From Cyanophora paradoxa CCMP329 (Eukaryota; Plantae; Glaucophyta), in the NCBI GenBank assembly GCA_004431415.1, contig QPMI01000484.1:124001-188000 (forward strand): a DNA stretch of 64,000 bases. The letters are read 5' to 3'. Both the position numbers and the translations under genes were made by a program. The notes beneath the pieces were generated by a model. It ran no database searches. It was not told the origin of the DNA and worked only from the letters and a program-made list of their open reading frames with translations. Below are positions 57,901 to 64,000 of the stretch, piece after piece (the first letter of the stretch is position 1; each line of letters begins with the position of its first letter).

Positions 57901-58972
57901 TGATATGGATTGGTATGATATCCTGCTTATCTAGAGCAGTTGTATAAACGCAGAGCTTGACGTTATTTGCTTGCTCGAATTTGGTGAACATCCTCGAGTC
58001 AAGCGGGGTCGGATATGTAAGCATTGAGCAGTCCAGCGATGTCTCGTGCTGGCGGTAGTTCCCTGCATGCCGAGAATCAACACCTTCGCCCAATGGATTG
58101 CGAGCAGCAAGGACTGCGTATTTAAAGCACTCGTTGTTCGGTGCATTTATATTGATAAGCGCGTGCTTGTCTGAGAGCCACTTTGGCAGTACAAAGCCTC
58201 GGCCACGGCCACCAATCCTGCGGAAATAGCGCACAGTTTTAAAGACCAGATACACCCACGTGTCAAATACTGAGGAATCCCTGCTTTTCTCTGCCGAGAT
58301 CATGTCTAATTCTTCGAGCTGTGAACGCAAGGCCGCCTCAATGCTTGTCCCTGGCTCGATGCGATCGAAACGACGATGTTCAATAACGATAGCGATCGTA
58401 GAATCTGTCTCTGGCTTTCTGTAGACACCCAATCCAGAGATTTGTAGTGCAATGCCCATTCTTACCGCCTCTGCAAGATTTACCTGGGCGCTTACGAATG
58501 ATATAGCATTCTGTTTGAACTGCTCAGAATTCTCGAAGCGAGCTTGCATTGATGTTACGCGGCCAGAACCGCGAGGCAATTGGTATTTCCACTCCGCATA
58601 TCGCCCGTCAAGCGCTGTTGTAGTATTTCCGTCATTGATTTGAACATCATTTCCACCGTCATCCTCAGGCAGCTCGGCAAAGCCACGGACGATCTCTGCC
58701 TGCACCTCTGCGATCGCCAGCTCTAGTCGACGACCTGACACAGGACGCGCTGGCCTAGGAAGTCTTGCAAGTTCGTTCAAAAGTGAAGCGTACTTTTCCA
58801 AAGTTGCAAACCGTGTTCTCGACCCTTGTGCTGAAATTCTAATCAATTTATTTTTGAAAGCTCCATGTATGACGCGTCGATTATACAATGAAATCGCGAG
58901 CGCTTCGATCTGGTCTTTGATTCTGGCCAACCGGAAGCGCCGAGTCGCTGCATTATTTTGGGTAACGTCCAT
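54914..58972 (-). CDS. Protein-primed family B DNA polymerase (1352 aa), Polinton/adintovirus type
   Basis: ExoI YADSET, ExoII HNGRGFD, KGIYPYDY, ExoIII YMMTD, GIRGG, YLDANNLYG, KLMNNSVFGK, GTDTDS. Also a C2H2-like finger and an endonuclease-VII-like CYMC..RDHCH..CRACN insert. Confidence 0.96.
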   Translation of the reverse strand: MDVTQNNAATRRFRLARIKDQIEALAISLYNRRVIHGAFKNKLIRISAQGSRTRFATLEKYASLLNELARLPRPARPVSGRRLELAIAEVQAEIVRGFAELPEDDGGNDVQINDGNTTTALDGRYAEWKYQLPRGSGRVTSMQARFENSEQFKQNAISFVSAQVNLAEAVRMGIALQISGLGVYRKPETDSTIAIVIEHRRFDRIEPGTSIEAALRSQLEELDMISAEKSRDSSVFDTWVYLVFKTVRYFRRIGGRGRGFVLPKWLSDKHALININAPNNECFKYAVLAARNPLGEGVDSRHAGNYRQHETSLDCSMLTYPTPLDSRMFTKFEQANNVKLCVYTTALDKQDIIPIHISAARDAIPILYVPAGEGNDVGHYLWIKSVSRLFRKNESNAKHYCLACQVGFSSDQAFENHLKYDRCLDRDEHARDVLPEKGAHIQKFINFEYSIRQRLVGYADSETITMPIPCISGKTEKKGVHVIASVGCLVVSSKGEQFCFKYMGSESEDCTEKFVQWLDEMEPQFRELLRETAPIQITQEEEQRFQTTTECYMCKNTFKDAKDKHRDHCHESGRYFGAACRACNRRRAKSAAVPLFWHNGRGFDFHLLVRALASGYNRRLAAWKEFQAHVESEFESKYGGREMTPEQKKKAKKGLERRLRPQSLLSIKFDQVFQNSERISQFKYGIYVLRDSAQHLNASLDDLAKALPAEKKKITRSLYLDETRFKLMTSKGIYPYDYMTSWARFQESKLPARRYFKNQLKQKKCTKDEYAHAKAVWRELGCRTLSGYTMEYMMTDIALLADVFENYRDTCIETYGLDPSYFMSSPGFAWQAALKHTGVKLELFHEGQQDMHRFIESGIRGGISMISKRYARAENKYLSIKFNKYTHAVEPTVSQSTCISNYYRTHKESWLMYLDANNLYGVAMKRKLPTGDFRWDKLDQDVDVMQYVASLDADGARGYALEVDMYMPEHLHDEFSDYPLAPERMCVSKEHLSKRQQDMINDEKLTSVERTPKLVPNLLPKKNYVVDGRLLQLYTSLGMIVTNIHRILSYEQSAWLGRFIDLNTQKRKESQFTYQKDLYKLMNNSVFGKTMENVRKHCFSELVTSGDRLVKINSEPNRLKQVVMYEENLVFVSKRKSEYNLNKPIYCGFVILELSKLHMYRFYYQVLKLLWGQRLTLLGTDTDSLIIEVRTKDIYADLRSIKHELDVSDYPETHRFFDGMTADEVRALRSMGKTPGLFKDELHGLQMTEWIANRPKSYYYSREDSTDKQVCKGIQKTYYNRLTRDVFFRCVCPKEGEKQSYDIKGILGFRSKLHEIYLQRTSRQALHPLDTKRFLETDGINTRAIGHYKNRA

Positions 58973-59101
58973 TGGAAGTATATATCACAATTTTTTTGCT
59001 TGTTCCAAACGCAACTTCACATAGCAATATTGGAAAGGGATCTCTTTAAGACAAAATAAGAGAAACCTCAATTGCGGTGACCCTTTGGTGATTCAAAGAC
59101 C

Positions 59102-59529
59102 GGCGCTATCATCCACACAGTATTATTGACTAACTAGAACCTAAACTCGCATATGCAATCAGCTTCGATTATATAGTTTTATCGTCTAGCTAGAACCTGG
59201 AAACCTCTCCGCTATTTAGATAGGAAGAACACAGTATTAACGCCTAGCTGCTGATTAAGCTATCTCTGCAGACCGTCGCGTTGGGGGCCCGTCTCAAATC
59301 ACTGCTATATCTTTTGCAAGATCGATTGGAGTAGACGTTAGATACTACCTAGTGGTTGCTGGATGGAAGGGGAGGTAGACCAGAGGGAGAGAAGGGCGGT
59401 AGACGTAGCGGAAGGGTTGGCGAGAGTGATGGCTGGGAAGACGCTGGATTGGGTGGGTTGGGGTGGGTTCGGAGAGGTGAGGGTGGTGAAGAGGGGTGGG
59501 CCACAGAATCAGGTCCTCTCTCATTTTTT
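59102..59529 (-). repeat. Right terminal inverted repeat (428 bp)
   Basis: Reverse complement of 48367-48794. Confidence 0.95.
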
Positions 59530-59556
59530 CGTGCGGGCGTAAACACGTGCACGCAC

Positions 59557-59691
59557 CGTGTGCGGGTTCTGGAGGCTCGCGCGGCATCCGTCGACGTCGC
59601 TCGCCGAGGCGAGGGCGACCGCGAGGAGGCCCAGAAGGGCGGCGACCGCCAGCGCGACCGGCGCGCCGTGCGAGCTCTGTGACCGCGCCAT
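59557..59691 (-). pseudogene. S8 subtilase paralog B, exon 1 (signal peptide)
   Basis: MARSQSSHGAPVALAVAALLGLLAVALASASDVDGCRASLQNPHT followed by GT donor; homologous to ~7430-7558. Confidence 0.88.
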
Positions 59692-61726
59692 CGCTGTGCC
59701 ACGGTGTCGACGTCAACGGCCTGTCCCACGCGTACGGTCAGCTCGCCGAGGCGTCGCGTTATCGATAGGCGAAGGCAGCCTGGCACTGCGGCAGTTATAA
59801 TTACTACTGCGGCAGTTACCGGTACAAGAAACGTATACGGACCGGGTATACCGTAGGTCCGTAGTACGCACGCACGCGTATAGGGCGCCGTAGGCTAGTC
59901 CCCTGCAGCCTGCAGGCTGCAGGCCGCAGCCTGCAGCTGCAGGCTAGCCTACTAGGCTATAGCTAGCTGCAGGCTGCAGCCTGCAGCCTGCAGGCTGCAG
60001 GCTGAGCCTGCAGCTGATAGCAGTTGCGGGAACTTGCGGCTGATCATGAATCATGATGAGTTGCCACGTTTTAAAACCCGGCCGGCGCCCGCCATCATGG
60101 CATAAAGCAAAATACCGCGGTACCAAATTACCGCGTTATAAAAGTTTGCAATTGAGGCTTGTATAGGACGATAATTCTGGGGGGTACGTACTGTATGGGA
60201 CGACTACGCTGCCAGGCTGCACGGCCCAGCACGGGCCGCGTGACGGGCGGAATTACCGCGGTACCAAATTACCGCGTTTTAACAAATTCTCGACATGCGG
60301 AATCCCGGAGTCCGGATGATGGATCCGGACCGCATCCGCGGCGATTCCGCGCGCGCGCGTGTACATGTCGCGGAGTCGCGGACTCGCGCCGAGTCGCGCG
60401 CGGCGCGCGCCGCGGTCCGATCGACTCGCGGTCGCGTGATCATGATTCATGAGTCGCGGAGCGACGGCCGAGGGGGGTACTCTCGAACAACGATGGCAAA
60501 AAACCTGCAGCTGCAGCGCTAGCTGCGGCCCTGCGGCCCTAGGCGGCTAGGCGCCGTAGGCGGCCTAGGCCTGGCGGGCCTGGCTGCAGCCTGCGGGAGC
60601 CTGCGGGCCTGGCAGGCCCTGGCTGCCGCGGGCCGGCCTGCGGCTGAGCTGCCACGTGCACGTTGCAGCAGCACGTACCGGCCCGCGGTAGTAGCGGACT
60701 ACTAGCGGTACGCGTGCAGCCGTCGTGCACGCGGCATGGTCATGCGGCTCATGCCCGGTAGTAGTTTCCTTGTACCGCACGCGTATATATAGCCCGCCTG
60801 GGCTCGGGGCCTAGGCCTCGGGCTCGGGGGCCGGGGGCCGGGGCCTCGAGGCTCGAGAGCCGAGGCTCGGGCTCGGGGCCTCGGGCGTGCCGGGCCGGGG
60901 CGCCCGGCCCGGATGACTCGACGTTGCCAAGTTGCGTCGACGTCGAGTCGGCGTCGACTCGGCGAGCTCTCAGACTCGGCGCGACTGGTTCGGCCTCCCG
61001 GCCCTCAGACTCGGCGCTCTCAGACGCAGAGCTCTTCAGCTGGTTCGGCCCCCCGGCCCCCCGCCCCCACCTTCGGCCCCCCGGCCTCCCCGCCCCACCC
61101 TCAGCCTCCGCCCCTCCCCGAAGGTCCGTCGGAGCCTTCGGCCCATCGATATCGCGGTCCCCAGCGTCCCGGCTTCTTCCCCATCCCCGCCCGCCCCCCC
61201 CCCCCCCCCCCCCCCCCCTCCCCCCCGCGGTCCACCGACCGCGGTCCACCCCGCGTGCCGCCTCGGTTCGGGGAGCCTCAGCTTCAGGGCGACCCCTCCC
61301 CCGCCCGGCCCGCGCCCCCGGCTCCGGATCCGCGCAGACTCCTCCAACTTCGACCTCGATCTAGCTCCTGATGTCACAGATCTAGAAAACCTGTACAAAT
61401 TCACAGTATACGTATTGGCGAAAACGACGCAGTCACAAGCAGATTCGACTGTCCGACAGAAGCCCTATCTATAGCTAGATCTGTACATTGGCTGATCATT
61501 GTCTCCTATCATGATATCGATCATGGATCACGAATGCCGAACTGCCACTGATTATGCGAGTCACTGTACATGCGGGCTACGATAAGAAAAATCGAACTGA
61601 CAATGAACAATATCTGTGCGCAGGCGAAGATTGAAAGTCAAGACTGATTATACGGGGGGCGCCATCGATATCGTCCCGTATTCGAACTCGGCTGGCCCAA
61701 TCGAATGCTCAAACGCCCCGAAGCGC

Positions 61727-63753
61727 TCAGAGGGCCGCCGCGGCGGCCCCCGCCCCCGCCGCCGCCTCCTGCTTGGGCGCCCGCGCCGCCTCCTCACGAT
61801 CGCCCAAGGGCTTGCCATGCATGAACAGCCACGCCTTGACCCACCCCGTCGTCAATAATAAATGAATGCACAGTAAATGGATAGAAAGCTTAAGCCCAGA
61901 TAGGAGGCTTAAGTGATTAATTAATATCAAAAGAGCCTATTAAATTGATTAATTAAGGCGAGCCGCACCTTGACCCACTCCGTCGTCACACTCTTCGGCC
62001 GCTCCAGCGGGAACCTTAAATTATAAATTAAACATATAAAATAAATAGTAAATGGAAGGATCAGAACAGATAGGAGGCTTAGGTGATTTAATATTAAAAT
62101 TACCCGAGGGCGTGGTCCCAGACGAGCTGAGCCAGCGTCCCCACCGCCCGCGAGAGCCCGAAGAGGACCGTGAAGTAGTTCTGCGGAAACGGATCCGATT
62201 AAATCAGTTAGGGCCTTGATCGCTTTTTAGTTAGAATAAATTAGAGCGAATAAGGAGCCTTGATGAGAAGTTAAATCAGATAGAGACTTGATTGCTTTGA
62301 TTAGGACAGATTATCGATCGAGCCTTAAGCTTGATTGTATTGCCAGGCTAGATAGCTGGCAAGGTGGTGTATTAGGGGTACAGGTGGACTGACTATATGG
62401 GTACAGGGCTACAGGGACTTGGGAAGGTATATGCCTACTGCAACAATTGCAAAGAAATCCAATGAAATCAGATAGCTATAGGGCCTTGATTGATTCTAAG
62501 TTAGATTCAAATAGAGCGGATAAGGACCTGCTGGGTGAGGCCGTAGTGGACGAGGTTGACGCCGCCTGCGGAGGAACATCGATGTGAATTGGAAAAGCCG
62601 AAGGAAGACACTTCGAAGACTCGAAGATCACTTCTAAGATTCAGCGAGCCAGTGGGTACGGTTCTGTTTAGCCTAGTAGGAGGATTCGAAGCTCGGACCC
62701 GGGCCGGGGCGAAGCGCACTGTGGGCGTCGACGTTGGGCCAGGGATTCTTAGACAGTAAATCTTAAATTTAAATTAAGCGGACCGTCGGACCCCTAGGGA
62801 CAGCTAGCCCCTGACCCCGAGGGATATATTTCGAGGGCGAAGCCCGAGCCCGAGCCCGAGGGACAGATAGCCCTAAAAAGTAAATAGAAGAAAATAGAGG
62901 GATCAGATCAGATAGGAGGCTTAGGTGATTCAATCTTAAATTTAAATAAGCGGACCCCGATCATGATCATGAGGGACAGCTAGCTAGCCCTGGCCATATG
63001 CATGGGCTAGCCCCGAAGGCGGGGCGGGGCGGGGCGGGACGCACTGTGGGCGTCGACGTTGGGCCAGGGGTTCTTGACCTTGCCCTGCTCCATCAGCACC
63101 CGCGGCACCACCTACGCCCGCGGAGCGTGGGTCAAGAATCGAAGTAGGGCGGGGCCGGTTCGAGCACGCGCAGAGTGCGGTTAGGGGCCGGAAGTAGAGT
63201 ATACATAGGGCCGGATAGAGCACGCGCAGCACTAGCTGCAGCCTGGCAGTAACGTACCTCGTACATGGCGGAGCAGAGCTTGAAGAGGGGGTCGTGGGGG
63301 AGGTGCCTCAGGGCGAACTCCCGCAGGCACTTGTACCGCGGGTCCGTCCTGCTGACGAGATGATGTGTGAGATTTGATCAAGCTCTTTAATCATGATCAT
63401 GACATTCTGTAAGCGTTTTCAAGATTTGATCTCGAGCATCGGCTTTAATTTCCTCCATCTTAGAGGGGCGGGCGCGCCTGCGGAGGACGGCGTGGCCGTA
63501 GCCCGGGATGACGCGCCCCGCCCGCAGCTGCTCCCAGCACAGCGCCTCCAGCCGTTCCGCCGTCGGCTCCTGCAGAGATGAGTCAGAATTTAAGCTCGAG
63601 CTCCATTAAACTTTTAAAATTTAGCTTGTCGGATCAAAATAATATGTATGTGTGATCGAATCTCGCACCTGGCCGGCGAGCTGCTTTTGGACGGCGTGGA
63701 GGTGCGCGAGGACCTCCTGGTTCGCCAGCCCGTGCAGCGGGCCCGCCAGGCCG
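61727..63753 (-). CDS. CS: Citrate synthase (eukaryotic mitochondrial type), 3' exons; gene continues beyond the right edge
   Basis: Exons [102 protein letters not shown]; stop at 61727. Confidence 0.95.
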
Positions 63754-64000
63754 CTGCGCGCGGGGCGGGCGCGGGAGGGGCGGGCGTCAGAGCGAGACGG
63801 TGGAGGGGGGAGGGAGGGCGGGGCCGGTCGCTCTGGGATCTAGATCTAGGCTCTGGGGAGACGGGCGGGCGGGGCGGGATCCGGAGGGCGGCGCCAGCCG
63901 CTCTGAAATTGAGAGGGGCGCGCGGAGGCCTAGAATCTCCGATCTATATTTAGGCTCTGAGGAGCGGGCCGGGGGGGGCGGGGAGGGAAGCGGTAGGGCG

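Larger units (their letters stand above)
48367..59529. mobile_element. Endogenous Polinton-like virus / Maverick (11,163 bp)
   Basis: 428-bp TIRs; 6-bp TSD cgtgcg (48361-48366 and 59530-59535); empty site cgtgtg in paralog A (~7409-7414). Intronless, uninterrupted ORFs for pPolB, integrase, capsids and ATPase. More AT-rich than the host. Confidence 0.95.

Noticed and set aside
48367-59529. Bona fide virophage (Mavirus-like) or bacterial prophage/contaminant
   Set aside because: The MCP is only 409 aa and no cysteine protease was seen. Clean junctions with a 6-bp TSD inside a eukaryotic intron argue against contamination.
60749-61474. Gene downstream of a TATA-like tatatata (60784)
   Set aside because: The ORFs are low-complexity with no recognisable motif or convincing exon chain.

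Overview
GC-rich, intron-dense eukaryotic DNA (alga/protist-like; organism not identifiable from the sequence). The host backbone is two head-to-tail, minus-strand paralogs of a KP-43-type S8 subtilase gene plus the 3' part of a citrate synthase gene. Paralog A (<1-7558) has a near-identical 3356-bp intragenic tandem duplication. Paralog B (11456-59691) carries three insertions. (1) A 30,073-bp non-LTR retrotransposon (13204-43276; 18-bp TSD, A13 tail) sits in a coding exon. It encodes APE endonuclease, RT, RNase H and a Zn knuckle. Its RNase H appears split by a ~3.5-kb insertion holding two Ulp1/SENP-like (C48) protease domains, and ~13 kb of repeat arrays and unknown domains separate ORF1 from the APE. 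This is the most unusual object in the window. (2) An apparently intact 11,163-bp Polinton-like endogenous virus (48367-59529; 428-bp TIRs, 6-bp TSD; pPolB, rve integrase, major and minor capsid, packaging ATPase, HNH-AP2) sits in intron 1. (3) A ~170-bp mitochondrial SSU rRNA fragment (NUMT) sits in an intron. A TA-flanked MITE and several small insertions flanked by 20-36-bp duplications are also present. All protein family calls come from motif recognition by eye; no database searches were run.
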